A DNA stretch of 63,830 nt, filler included. It is 6 parts of 6 records of this genome, joined end to end, with 100 filler letters (N's around TTAATTAATTAA, not from the genome) between each part and the next. Parts side by side here need not be neighbours in the genome. Positions count along the whole stretch, not along the records: positions 1 to 23,736 come from SRR31147125_2654; 5 more parts are not named here. One strand, written 5' to 3'. Position numbers and translations under genes: made by a program. Positions 1 to 10,160 of the stretch are shown piece by piece (positions within the stretch are counted from its first letter, which is position 1; each line of letters starts with the position of its first letter). Below the pieces are notes generated by a model, which was not told the DNA's origin, made no database searches, and was given only the letters and a program-made list of their open reading frames with translations.

Positions 1-675
1 TTTTATCATTCCAATACGGGCCTTGTAGCTGGATTTTCACCTCAACAATGCAAAGGGAGCCGGGTATGGAATGGTTTTTTGTATACAGATAGTCTTGCAG
101 CGGCCTATGTTGCCGCCGGATCAATTGGATTAGGGCGCGGTATCACTTGTACAGGTCGGAACCTGTCATATAGTCTGAAAGCCTATTTGAAAATTAATGG
201 TTTTCACCAGATACCGGATTCCCTGTCAGGTGATGATGATTTTGTTCTTCAAACCATATCCAAACAAGATGACCTGGATGTAAAGTATGCCTATCCTAAA
301 AATTCCCACGTTTCAGCCATCGGACCACATAATTTTGCTGAATTTTTACGACAAAAGCAAAGACATATCTCAGCTGGAAAATACTTTACTCGTTCACAAC
401 AACTCGGTTACGCGATTTATCATACATTAAATTATGCTCTTTGGATTATTGGCATTGGAGGATTTTTTAATCCCGTTTTTTTTGTGCCATTAGCCTGTAA
501 ATTAGCGGTAGATGCACTGGCATTAGGTGGTTTTTCACGCACGCTAGAATCCAGATTAACTTTAGCACAACTGGGATTATGGGAAATATTATTTCCGGTT
601 TATAATATATTAGCTGCTCCTATAGCCTTTTTAGGCTCCATGAGATGGAAACATCCTGCGAAAAGCAGGGCCTGA
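1..675 (+). CDS. Membrane GT2 glycosyltransferase, 5'-truncated (paralog 1)
   Basis: Frame is open from base 1 (..GLVAGFSP..). Motifs TGRNLSY, SGDDD and QKQRH, followed by C-terminal TM helices. Confidence 0.85.
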   Translation, partial: FYHSNTGLVAGFSPQQCKGSRVWNGFLYTDSLAAAYVAAGSIGLGRGITCTGRNLSYSLKAYLKINGFHQIPDSLSGDDDFVLQTISKQDDLDVKYAYPKNSHVSAIGPHNFAEFLRQKQRHISAGKYFTRSQQLGYAIYHTLNYALWIIGIGGFFNPVFFVPLACKLAVDALALGGFSRTLESRLTLAQLGLWEILFPVYNILAAPIAFLGSMRWKHPAKSRA

Positions 676-682
676 GAATAAG

Positions 683-1513
683 ATGAATGTTTTTGATATT
701 ATTAATCCCAATCAAGAGCTCTATAAAAATTATGAAAAGGGATCTACAGCCAGAGGTCAGTTGGTTGTTGATATTTTATCTCAAGAAATCGATATTGCGA
801 ACTCGCGGTTTCTGGATTTAGGGTGCGGCACAGGGGGAATTTCGATTGCCCTGGCAAAGGCAGGCGCATTTGTAAGGTCGGTTGATTTTGATACCCGGCA
901 AATAGAACAGCTTTTAAACAAAGCTTCTTTATCGCAAATCCGGATTGAAACTATTATATCCAGGGCTGAGGAATATGATGCTGATCATTCAAAATATGAT
1001 GCCGTCATATTGTTTGACGTCATTGAACATGTTCTGAATCCACAGCTTGTTTTAAAAAATACGAGAAAAGTTTTAAAAAGAAACGGGTTGCTATTATTAT
1101 CAACACCAAGCCGTTTTTCATTTGTAAATATACTATGTGATCCACATTATAGTTTACCAGTTCTTTCTTTACTTAAACGTCGCTTTGTTAAAAAGGTCGT
1201 TTCGGAATGGTTTCATTGGCAGAAGAGGGACAAGGTTGACTTTGCTCAATTACTTTCATTTTCTCAATTAAAAGGAATGTTAGAAGAGGCGGATTTTGAA
1301 TGGATCTTAATAAATCGAAAAGTCGTTTCTTATGCTTTGCGACATCCTGAGAGTTTATGGAGCCGTAATTGGCATTTCAAAACAATTCGAACTCTAAACA
1401 ATATGGGTCTATTAAAATCGATTATGTACCTGATAAATGACAAACAAGGTTTTTTTAATAAATGGGTAAATCCAACATGGTTTATCCTTGCAAGAACAAA
1501 AGGCATGGAATGA
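683..1513 (+). CDS. Class I SAM-dependent methyltransferase
   Basis: Motif I FLDLGCGTGG, plus YDAVILFDVIEH and LLLSTP. Confidence 0.9.
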   Translation: MNVFDIINPNQELYKNYEKGSTARGQLVVDILSQEIDIANSRFLDLGCGTGGISIALAKAGAFVRSVDFDTRQIEQLLNKASLSQIRIETIISRAEEYDADHSKYDAVILFDVIEHVLNPQLVLKNTRKVLKRNGLLLLSTPSRFSFVNILCDPHYSLPVLSLLKRRFVKKVVSEWFHWQKRDKVDFAQLLSFSQLKGMLEEADFEWILINRKVVSYALRHPESLWSRNWHFKTIRTLNNMGLLKSIMYLINDKQGFFNKWVNPTWFILARTKGME

Positions 1514-2523
1514 GTATAGCGCAACCCAATTTCGTCAATACTTTAAATAAAAAGTCAGCCTCATCTAATAAAAAGGCCTTACTGATTTATTTAAAGCTCA
1601 TTATCGCGGCCCTGGTTTTGATCGTTTTGGTCAAAAAAATAAGCCTTAATGAAATTCGAACAGCACTTTTACATGCAAATTTAAAATATCTGTTCCTTGG
1701 CTTTGTTTTATTGAGTGTCAATTTGTTTTTTCAGTTTAAAAAATGGCAATTGCTGGTTAAACTTGAGAAACCAGAGGTGACTCGAAAAGAAATTTTAACT
1801 TCCCTGTTTTCAGGTTATACGCTTGGATTTGTCACGCCCGGGCGAGTTGGTGAGTTTGGGCGGGCCATTTTCATTAAAGGCAGTTCCTGGCCCCGACTTT
1901 TCGGTTTTGTTGTCGTTGAAAAGTTCTTTTCTACAAGCGTGATTTTTTTTACAGGATTGATTGGTATATCTTATTCGATGCAGGAACAGATCCCTTTTAA
2001 TCTACGGATAGTTTTAGCCATATTGGGGATAGTTTTTTTTGTTTTGATGGGAATACTTTTGTTAAGACCACAAATATTGGTTGTTAAAAGCAATCGCGCA
2101 AAAAAAGTATTATCTCGTCATGAAAAGCTCGGGCAAATAATTTCCAGTCTGCAATTCCTTCGATTCGAAAAAACCGGGCGTCTTTTGGGTTACACTATTT
2201 GTCATGTTATTACTTATATCTCCCAATTTTACTTGTTACTCCAGGCATTTGCAGATCTGTCCTATTGGAAAGCTTTTCATGCTATATCGTCCGCAATGCT
2301 GGTTAAAACATTGTTACCCATTTCAATAGGTGATCTTGGGGTTCGCGAGAGCGCGGCTATTTATTTCCTGGGGCAGTTTCATATAAAATCAGTTGCCTCG
2401 TTTAATGCCTCTCTTTTACTTTTTCTTATAAACATTTTTTTACCAAGCATGCTTGGTCTGGTGCTTATTTTACGAAATCATATTAACGGAAACTCTAAAT
2501 CCAATCCAAAAATTATAAAATGA
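1510..2523 (+). CDS. Lysylphosphatidylglycerol-synthase TM domain (flippase-like) membrane protein
   Basis: Multi-TM with TPGRVGEFGR and PISIGDLGVRE motifs. ATG at 1510 overlaps the upstream TGA (ATGA). Confidence 0.85.
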   Translation: MSIAQPNFVNTLNKKSASSNKKALLIYLKLIIAALVLIVLVKKISLNEIRTALLHANLKYLFLGFVLLSVNLFFQFKKWQLLVKLEKPEVTRKEILTSLFSGYTLGFVTPGRVGEFGRAIFIKGSSWPRLFGFVVVEKFFSTSVIFFTGLIGISYSMQEQIPFNLRIVLAILGIVFFVLMGILLLRPQILVVKSNRAKKVLSRHEKLGQIISSLQFLRFEKTGRLLGYTICHVITYISQFYLLLQAFADLSYWKAFHAISSAMLVKTLLPISIGDLGVRESAAIYFLGQFHIKSVASFNASLLLFLINIFLPSMLGLVLILRNHINGNSKSNPKIIK

Positions 2524-3659
2524 TTCTGAAAACGGTTTTTATTGCACTTACGTCATTTTACAGTTTGTTTATTATTATTCTCTATTTGGGTCTGCGCCGG
2601 CTTAAATTGAAATCGAATAACAATCATCAACCTTATGTATCCATTATTGTACCTGCGAGAAACGAAGCGGACTTCATCTCTGACTTGCTCCACTCACTTT
2701 TAAAACAATCCTATCCCAGTGAATTATACGAGGTCATCGTCATCAACGACAATTCGCAGGACAACACGCCAGAGATTGTGACATCCTTTGCCAGAGAGTA
2801 TGCAAATGTAAAACTATTAGATTTAAACGGAGCCGTTGATAGTTGTTCGCCGAAAAAACTGGCCATAGCGCTGGGTGTTTCAAGGAGCAAGGGCGAGATA
2901 TTGCTGACAACTGATGCCGATTGTATCGTTCCTGAAAGATGGCTTGAAATAATGGTCCGAAATTTTGGCGAGGATGTGGGTGCCGTGATGTCCTGGCTGC
3001 AAATTCGCCAATCGAATCGGATTTTAAGTAAAATGGAATCTCTTGACTCGTTCAGTCTTGTCCTAATTGGAGCTGGTGCTGTAGGTTTGGGCGTTCCATT
3101 TGTTGCCAATGCCGCGAATTTTGGCTATCGAAAAAAAGTCTTTGAAGAAGTCAATGGATTTGCCGGTATAGAGCAATTTGTATCTGGTGATGATGACCTT
3201 TTTCTACTCAAAATGCGTCAAAAAACCCGATGGCAGGTTGCTTTTGCAGTAGAGAAAGATGCCTGCGTGTGGACAAAGGCAACCAATAATCTGCAGCAGT
3301 TTCTTTCGCAGCGAATACGCTGGGCATCAAAGGGGACAATTTATCCCTGGTCTCTCAAGTTGTTAGAGCTGGCATTCTTTATCTATTACCTGTTAATTGT
3401 TCTGCTGATCCCATTAGGATTTCTTTATCCTAAACTATTGGTCCCCGTGCTTTTATCTGTTCTGGTGAAATTTTTACTCGATTATAGTTTTATCCATTAT
3501 GGCGGAAAAATAGTAAAACGGCAAACCAGCCTCCGGCGTTTTATCGTCACTGAATTTTTTCACTGTTTTTACATTCTTGTAGCCGGTATTGGCGGGACGT
3601 TTGGTCATTTTCAGTGGAAAGGCCGGGTTTACCACCATGGCAAGGTAGATAGAAATTAA
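2520..3659 (+). CDS. Membrane GT2 glycosyltransferase (paralog 2)
   Basis: N-terminal TM, IVPARNE, SPKK, TDADC, SGDDD, QRIRW, C-terminal TMs. Confidence 0.9.
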   Translation: MILKTVFIALTSFYSLFIIILYLGLRRLKLKSNNNHQPYVSIIVPARNEADFISDLLHSLLKQSYPSELYEVIVINDNSQDNTPEIVTSFAREYANVKLLDLNGAVDSCSPKKLAIALGVSRSKGEILLTTDADCIVPERWLEIMVRNFGEDVGAVMSWLQIRQSNRILSKMESLDSFSLVLIGAGAVGLGVPFVANAANFGYRKKVFEEVNGFAGIEQFVSGDDDLFLLKMRQKTRWQVAFAVEKDACVWTKATNNLQQFLSQRIRWASKGTIYPWSLKLLELAFFIYYLLIVLLIPLGFLYPKLLVPVLLSVLVKFLLDYSFIHYGGKIVKRQTSLRRFIVTEFFHCFYILVAGIGGTFGHFQWKGRVYHHGKVDRN

Positions 3660-3700
3660 TTTGAATTCTTTATTCAATTTAATATATTTAAAATTGTATA

Positions 3701-5296
3701 ATGGTTGTTAGGAGTGTCTTTTTGAAAAGCTACATATGGATTATTATTTTACTTTTAGTGACCTCATCAGGTTTTAGCCAATCTGTTAATCTTCCCCTGG
3801 ATCATTGGGGATACACCTTTTTGGAGAAACTTGAAACAAAGAATCTTTTCCATTCACACGATCTTCGCGCTCGTCCTGTTTCCCGAAAAGTCATTGCGGA
3901 CATTATTTCAACAATTGACAAAAAAGTGGCAAAAGAACCAGGCTTATTGACCTCTGCTGAGAGGCATCTTTTTGAACAGCTTAAAGGTGATATGCTTGAT
4001 GAGTTGTCCCATTATAGTGATTTCAAGGCACCAAAACAGAAAGAAAAACATGCTATTACCTGGTCCGAATCCAATAGCGGGCTCTATGTAGATCTGTATG
4101 GCCATGAAACCATTATTTCGAATAAAGGACAGCAGTTTGAGGACAATGAATTGTTGTCTGAAACAACGTTGGGTGGGATTATCAGGGGTCATCTTGGTCA
4201 TCAATTGGGTTTTTATGTGGATGCCCGAAATTCTGTCACCAGAGGTGGGGCAAAAGTTGATGAATCAGATGAACAGTTTGATCCATCTGAAGGCTCGCCA
4301 GTTGTCATCTCCGGTCAGAATGTTTTTCGTGATCGTGCTACAGCCTATTTTATATTGGAGAATTCGTGGATTCGGTTGCAAGCTGGTCGGGATGAGCTCA
4401 ATTGGGGACCGGGATATCATGGCGGCTTGACGCTCACGAGAAATATGCCGGTGGCAGATTTAATTAAACTATCCACGCGTTTTAAGCGATTCAAATTTAC
4501 CAGTGTGCATGCATTTTTACAGAGTGGTCTTGGATCGAAATATTTGGGCGCCCATCGACTCGATTTTATGGTTACGCCGGGTGTTTATGTGGGAGGTACG
4601 GAGACTGTTGTCTATGGTCGCAGGGATGTGGAATTTTCTTATTTAAATCCAATCATGCCATACCATGTGGCTGAACATCATCTCGGAGATAAAGATAATA
4701 ACGCTTTGAGTTTTGATGTGACAATAACCATGATTCCCAACGTAAAATTGTATGGGGAGTATTTTATTGATGATATGACAAGCACCAGAAGCCTGACAAC
4801 ATATTTTGGTAATAAATTCGCATTTCTCGTGGGTGGTTTTTGGGTAGAACCGTTTCGGTTGTCGAATTTGGACCTTCGATTTGAGTATACGCGAATCGAA
4901 CCCTATGTTTATACGCATCATGATTCAATAAATATTTATACCAATTATGACAAGGTTATTGGTTATTGGCTTGGTCCGGATTCTGATTCGGCCTTTTTCG
5001 AGGCAGGTTATCAGTTGGGCCGTGATCTGCGAGTTGAGGTTTCTCTGGAAAAAACGCGAAAGGGAGAGGGTCGGATTAACACAGATTCCAGGCCGGCAAC
5101 AGGTGACAGAAAAGATTTTTTAAATGGTGTAATTGAGAGCAAAAAGATCATTGGATTCAGAATAAAAAATCAGATTCGCAAGGACATTTTTCTGTCCATA
5201 TCCTATTCTTATGTGGATAACCGAAATTTAAATAATGTTGTTGGCGCCAAGTCGTTTGATAATTTGGGCCGATTTGAATTGTCATTTAATTACTAA
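3701..5296 (+). CDS. Capsule assembly Wzi-family outer-membrane protein
   Basis: Signal peptide; GRDELNWGPG, AHRLDF, YGEYFIDD and IGYWLGPDS motifs; terminal aromatic beta-strand. Confidence 0.75.
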   Translation: MVVRSVFLKSYIWIIILLLVTSSGFSQSVNLPLDHWGYTFLEKLETKNLFHSHDLRARPVSRKVIADIISTIDKKVAKEPGLLTSAERHLFEQLKGDMLDELSHYSDFKAPKQKEKHAITWSESNSGLYVDLYGHETIISNKGQQFEDNELLSETTLGGIIRGHLGHQLGFYVDARNSVTRGGAKVDESDEQFDPSEGSPVVISGQNVFRDRATAYFILENSWIRLQAGRDELNWGPGYHGGLTLTRNMPVADLIKLSTRFKRFKFTSVHAFLQSGLGSKYLGAHRLDFMVTPGVYVGGTETVVYGRRDVEFSYLNPIMPYHVAEHHLGDKDNNALSFDVTITMIPNVKLYGEYFIDDMTSTRSLTTYFGNKFAFLVGGFWVEPFRLSNLDLRFEYTRIEPYVYTHHDSINIYTNYDKVIGYWLGPDSDSAFFEAGYQLGRDLRVEVSLEKTRKGEGRINTDSRPATGDRKDFLNGVIESKKIIGFRIKNQIRKDIFLSISYSYVDNRNLNNVVGAKSFDNLGRFELSFNY

Positions 5297-5313
5297 AAGT
5301 ATTTAGAATCCAT

Positions 5314-6462
5314 ATGTCCTGGTTTGCTGCTATATTGATTTTAGTACATACGTTAACAGTTGTTTATGTTTTCTCCCTCATATTTTTGACGCTTGGGCTT
5401 GGACGTAATAAAAAAACCAAAAGTAACGATCGTCCATTTGTTTCAGTTATTGTGGCCGCACGAAATGAAGAAGATAATATTCCCACTCTCCTTTCTGCGT
5501 TAACCGGGCAGAATTATCCAGCAGAATTATACGAAATAATTATTGTAGACGATGCCTCTGAGGATAAAACAGCCGACATGGTTGTAAACTATCCATCTCC
5601 TGAAAATGGACCCATTGTAAGATTGCTAAAAGTCAGTAACCGACATAATGTCATATCTCCGAAAAAGAACGCACTGGCTTGTGGAATAAAGGATTCGGCT
5701 GGTGAGTTAATAATGCTCACAGATGCCGATTGTGCCCCTCCACCTGAGTGGATTTCCGGGATGGTACCGTATTTTGAAAGTGATGTCGGACTTGTTGCCG
5801 GTTTCTCTCCTTATGAATATCCCCGACTTTTTAAAACCCGGGATTTTCTATTAGCTTTGGATTCTTTATCACTGGCAGCTGTGGCTGCCGGAAGTAGTGG
5901 ATGGGAGAAACCTGGAACCTGCAATGGACGTAACATGGCGTATCGAAAAAGTGTTTATGAACAGATAGGTGGATTTAAAGAGATCCATCAATTTGTCTCT
6001 GGTGATGACGATCTTTTTTTAAACCTGGTTTCTAAAAAGACGAGTTGGGAAATCCGATATGCTTATGAACAACGGCTTGTGGTGCCAACAACAATATTAA
6101 CGAGCTTTAAACAATTTTATTACCAACGGATACGTCATGCTTCAAAAGGAATGCATTATGGTTGGAAAATGACGTTAATTTTAGCTATTCTTTATTTATT
6201 TAATTTATTACTTTTCATTTCAATGCCTTTGGCCGTTTGGATTCCTTCATTATGGCTCGTATTTTTACCGGCATTTATCATTAAATCCAGTGCAGAGTTT
6301 TTATTTCTTGGTTTATTTGCAAACCACATGAATCGTTTTTATTATATGCGTGCGTTCCCTTTAGCTGTTTTATTACATGTACCTTATGTTGTTTTATTTG
6401 GCCTATTAGGTCAAATATTAAAATTTAACTGGAAAAATACTTCTTTTTCAAAAAAGGGATAG
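5314..6462 (+). CDS. Membrane GT2 glycosyltransferase (paralog 3)
   Basis: VAARNEE, DDAS, SPKK, TDADC, SGDDD, QRIRH. Confidence 0.9.
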   Translation: MSWFAAILILVHTLTVVYVFSLIFLTLGLGRNKKTKSNDRPFVSVIVAARNEEDNIPTLLSALTGQNYPAELYEIIIVDDASEDKTADMVVNYPSPENGPIVRLLKVSNRHNVISPKKNALACGIKDSAGELIMLTDADCAPPPEWISGMVPYFESDVGLVAGFSPYEYPRLFKTRDFLLALDSLSLAAVAAGSSGWEKPGTCNGRNMAYRKSVYEQIGGFKEIHQFVSGDDDLFLNLVSKKTSWEIRYAYEQRLVVPTTILTSFKQFYYQRIRHASKGMHYGWKMTLILAILYLFNLLLFISMPLAVWIPSLWLVFLPAFIIKSSAEFLFLGLFANHMNRFYYMRAFPLAVLLHVPYVVLFGLLGQILKFNWKNTSFSKKG

Positions 6463-6485
6463 GTGCGATAAATTGGAGGATTATC

Positions 6486-7679
6486 TTGAATTTATTTGCT
6501 GACCTGGCGCTGCTCCTCAGCATAATATATATTCTGACTGTTTTTGTTTTTTTTATTGGCCTACTGCGCCCTAAACGTGGCACAAATAAAAAACAGTTTT
6601 ATGTTTCAGTTGTTGTTGCCGCACGAAATGAGGAAAAGAATATTTCAAATTTGCTTTTTGATTTAACCCACCAGACTTTTCCGAGAGATTCGTATGAAAT
6701 TATTATCGCTAATGATGGCTCTTCAGACAAAACTGCAGACATTGTGCAACGTTATGCAAAGGAATTTGCGCATGTAAAACTTGTTTGTATAGACAAATGC
6801 CCGCCCGACATTAGTCCCAAAAAGTATGCATTGGGCAAGGCAGTCAGGCAATCAAGTGGTGAAATTATTCTCACCACAGATGCTGATTGCCGTGTGGGTT
6901 CCCGGTGGATTGAAACGATGATGTCCTACTTTACCGATGATGTTGGTTTTGTTGTTGGATTTTCCCAGTTTGGTAAAAAGGGACATAGTATGAATACGCT
7001 GGAGAAATTTCAGGCTTTAGACTTTTTGCAATTGATGGGAGCTGCAGCCGGGACCTGTAACCTTGGCTACCCGTTAGCAGCCAGCGGTCAAAACCTGGCT
7101 TATCGCAGGAAAGCGTTTGAGCAAGTGGGGGGATACAAAAAAGTGGCTCACAGGATTTCAGGTGATGATGTGCTATTACTGCAGTTGGTGCGTCGTCACA
7201 CAAACTGGAAAATTGTGTTTGCCTCATCTGCATCTGCATTTGCCAATTCAAAGCCACAAAGTACATTTGAAGATCTCATGAACCAAAGAAAACGGTGGGC
7301 GTCCAATGCTGCCTATCAAATAATATTGAATCCAGTGTTTTTTGTTTATCTTTTGCTCGTGTTTTTGTACAATTTTGTTTTATTGGTTGGAGTGCCATTG
7401 TCTTTTTTTACTCAGGTTGGTTTTGATGCCTTTTTGACAAGTTTGTTGGGAAAAGTATCCACCGAATTGCTTTTCGGATTATATACTTCTGCCTTTTTTA
7501 AAAGAAGAGATATGCTGGCCATTTTTCCGCTCTGGTTTATCCTGCAGGCACCTTATGTTGTTGTCTCTGGATTGGGGGGTACAATTGGAAGTTTTCATTG
7601 GAAAGATCGCCGTCATGCCGCATCTATGACAGATGTATTGTCAAATACGTATGATGTTGAAAACGACAAATCGTCCTAA
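6486..7679 (+). CDS. Membrane GT2 glycosyltransferase (paralog 4)
   Basis: TTG start after GGAGG. VAARNEE, SPKK, TDADC, SGDDV, QRKRW. Confidence 0.9.
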   Translation: MNLFADLALLLSIIYILTVFVFFIGLLRPKRGTNKKQFYVSVVVAARNEEKNISNLLFDLTHQTFPRDSYEIIIANDGSSDKTADIVQRYAKEFAHVKLVCIDKCPPDISPKKYALGKAVRQSSGEIILTTDADCRVGSRWIETMMSYFTDDVGFVVGFSQFGKKGHSMNTLEKFQALDFLQLMGAAAGTCNLGYPLAASGQNLAYRRKAFEQVGGYKKVAHRISGDDVLLLQLVRRHTNWKIVFASSASAFANSKPQSTFEDLMNQRKRWASNAAYQIILNPVFFVYLLLVFLYNFVLLVGVPLSFFTQVGFDAFLTSLLGKVSTELLFGLYTSAFFKRRDMLAIFPLWFILQAPYVVVSGLGGTIGSFHWKDRRHAASMTDVLSNTYDVENDKSS

Positions 7680-7696
7680 TCCCTTTTTTAAGTCAT

Positions 7697-8508
7697 ATGA
7701 AAAATAATATTATATTTTTACTTGTCCTGGTTGTGCATAGTGTTATGCCAGGTAAAACCTGTGGATGGGAAAGTCATAATGAGCGCCGAATCCTGTTTGA
7801 CAAGGAAAAATTGACTTTTTCTATGATCTTTCATGGTGTTTCGGCGGCAAATGCTTCTATGCAAAGCACTGTACGAGCCAATAACACTGGAGTGGATTCG
7901 TTATATATTGCCGTTGCCATAAAAACGAAATCCATTTATAATCTTCTTTTTCATGTCAAAAATTATTATGAATCTTATTTAGACATAAACTCGGGACTGC
8001 CGTTCCTGACGAGAAAAAAATTGATCAAAAGAATATCAAGCAGAATTTTGAAATAATCTATGATCGTGATAAGCAAAAATCATTTCGTTCCGGGGGTGAA
8101 GCATGGCCAATAACGCCGGACTGTATGGAACTTTTTTCCATGCTTTATGAAATAAGGCGGGCAGATCTGAAAGTGAATGATCAGGTCAATTTTGTTCTGG
8201 ATATTGAAGGTCAATTATGGAAGGCATCGGGAGTTATTGAGAATGGAAAATCCATAGGCGGATCGTTTTCTCATCTGAACGCCCGTATGATCGAACTCTA
8301 TTTTAAACCTTTTACGAAACTGATCCCGCGAAAATGGAAAACAGATTTACTAACTAATAGAATTTCAAAAAAAGGCTCAAAATTGTTAATATATTTGGGA
8401 CCCAAACCTGAGTCGCTGCCTTTATTACTTCGTTTTGGTCATGATGGATCAATGGTTGAAATGAAATTAAAGGAAAGAACGGTTCTGATGGATGAAAAAG
8501 TTAACTAG
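7697..8508 (+). CDS. DUF3108-like exported protein, split by a frameshift in A7 at 8014-8020
   Basis: Signal peptide; EKLTF..GVSAANA and YESYLD..GLP resemble DUF3108. Adding one A joins ORFs 7697-8056 and 8125-8508 (RKKIDQKNIKQNFEIIYD..). Confidence 0.65.
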
Positions 8509-9587
8509 TTTGTTCAATTTCTTTTAGCATAATACTCCTGCCTTTTTTAAACCACGTGTGAAACTCATCATAGTCGGGCTTAAATTCAGATATAGAGGAA
8601 ACAATCTTTTCAAATTGAAAATTAGTTGAAGATAAACCGAGTTTGGCGTTTTCTTGTATATCATAGGCATTTACAATCTGGTCATAATGCTGGCGAACGG
8701 GAATACAAAAGACTGGTTTTTTTAAATAGCACGCCTCGCAAATGGATTCAAAGCCTGCCGTTGTAATAAAGCTGGTGCATTGAGACATCATTGTTAAAAA
8801 TTTATTATCATCAAGGGTATGAAACGTCAAAAATTCGTTATAATTCCAAACCTCAGGTGCATCAACTTTATCCCAAAAACAATGAGTGGGTAAAAGTTGG
8901 TTGTGATCGTGCCAGGCAATGATTTCTTTACTGTATCCGGAGTTGAGTATATATACCAGATAAAAATCATTACAATTTTTTGATTTTAGTTCGAGCACCT
9001 TTTTTCGAATCAGTGGTGGAATAACAACAAGATTTCTTTTTTCCACTTTTTTTAAGGGATATAAAGAGAGGGCTAATATTTTCGTTGATCCCATCAAGGT
9101 TACCTGGGTAACGATTTTTGCGGAGCATCTATCTAAAAAATGTCGTGGGGGGAAGCGAAACTGGGGGTGAAAAAAGATATTGATGGGCAATGCAGATAAG
9201 AGGTGTTTTGGGCCGGTAGAGTAATCCATAAACACCGGCCAACACTTCATAAAAGTTTATAATAACATCAGGTTTGTAAGTTGAGACAATCTGATGGATT
9301 TTTCTAACGCCGGAGAAAAAGATATTTATTTTTTTTAAATTGGTTGTAATACTACGTCGAAAGTTTAGAGCTTGATTTTCTGAATCCCAAATAAAGTTTG
9401 GACTCTCTATCCGGCTTATGGGAGCCTTTATATTATCGAAAAAATACCTGGGGATTTTTCGCTGTATACTCTTGCCAACGATGACATGCGAAATTTCGTG
9501 TCCGCGGTCGACAAGAATATCATACAGTGCCAGGGCCTGAGTCAGATGCCCCCTGCCCTCACCTTGAACGATAAACACAAATTTCAA
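8501..9587 (-). CDS. GT-B glycosyltransferase (MJ1255/GT28-like), frameshifted in a homopolymer near 9171-9176
   Basis: N-terminal VQGEGRGHLTQA and C-terminal ITTAGFESICEA..KPVFCIP lie in two frames; one added base gives HQYLFFHPQF. Confidence 0.8.
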
Positions 9588-9588
9588 T

Positions 9589-10059
9589 TTAAAATAGTCT
9601 TATTTTCTTTATAATTCTTTTTAAGCCACGCCCAAATACAGCAGGTTCAAGCTCGATATGGCGATTTTCGCCTTCTCCAAAGCTTGCTGATTTAATTTCA
9701 TTTTTATCTTTTAATGCTTCGTGAATAATAAAACGCTCAAAATTACTCATATTTGGCAGAATGATCTTGTCACCAGTGTTAATCGCCTCGTCGGCTTTTT
9801 CATAGGCAAAGGCTCTTAAATTGCCAACAGGAATAACTCTTAATTCGTAAACATCACCATGCCGATAAGTTTTGGTGACAATGTTTTGGTTGTGATCAAA
9901 ATGACGATGGATCAGTTTGCGCTCGAACGCACTTAGTTTTGTTAAAGAAATTGGTTCAATAGAGTCCTGAAGTTCGGTGGATATTTTGCTCAATAATCTT
10001 TTTATTTTTCCATTGTTCGAATTTTGATGTTTAAATCTTGGTTTATCTGTTGTTTCCAT
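9589..10059 (-). CDS. Protein with two tandem R3H (Jag/KhpB-type) ssRNA/ssDNA-binding domains
   Basis: LSAFERKLIH and MSNFERFIIH..SASFGEGENRHI. Confidence 0.8.
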   Translation of the reverse strand: METTDKPRFKHQNSNNGKIKRLLSKISTELQDSIEPISLTKLSAFERKLIHRHFDHNQNIVTKTYRHGDVYELRVIPVGNLRAFAYEKADEAINTGDKIILPNMSNFERFIIHEALKDKNEIKSASFGEGENRHIELEPAVFGRGLKRIIKKIRLF

Positions 10060-10160
10060 TAAATTGTCCTCAATTTTGGTGACTATATTATCCCCTTATT
10101 AAAAGCATACATAACTTAATTCAAGATTATTATTACCATGTTTCCTGTTCGATTAAAAAT

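Noticed and set aside
8014-9176. Phase variation or programmed frameshifting in envelope genes
   Set aside because: The same one-base deletions affect housekeeping genes in unrelated contigs, so sequencing error is more parsimonious.
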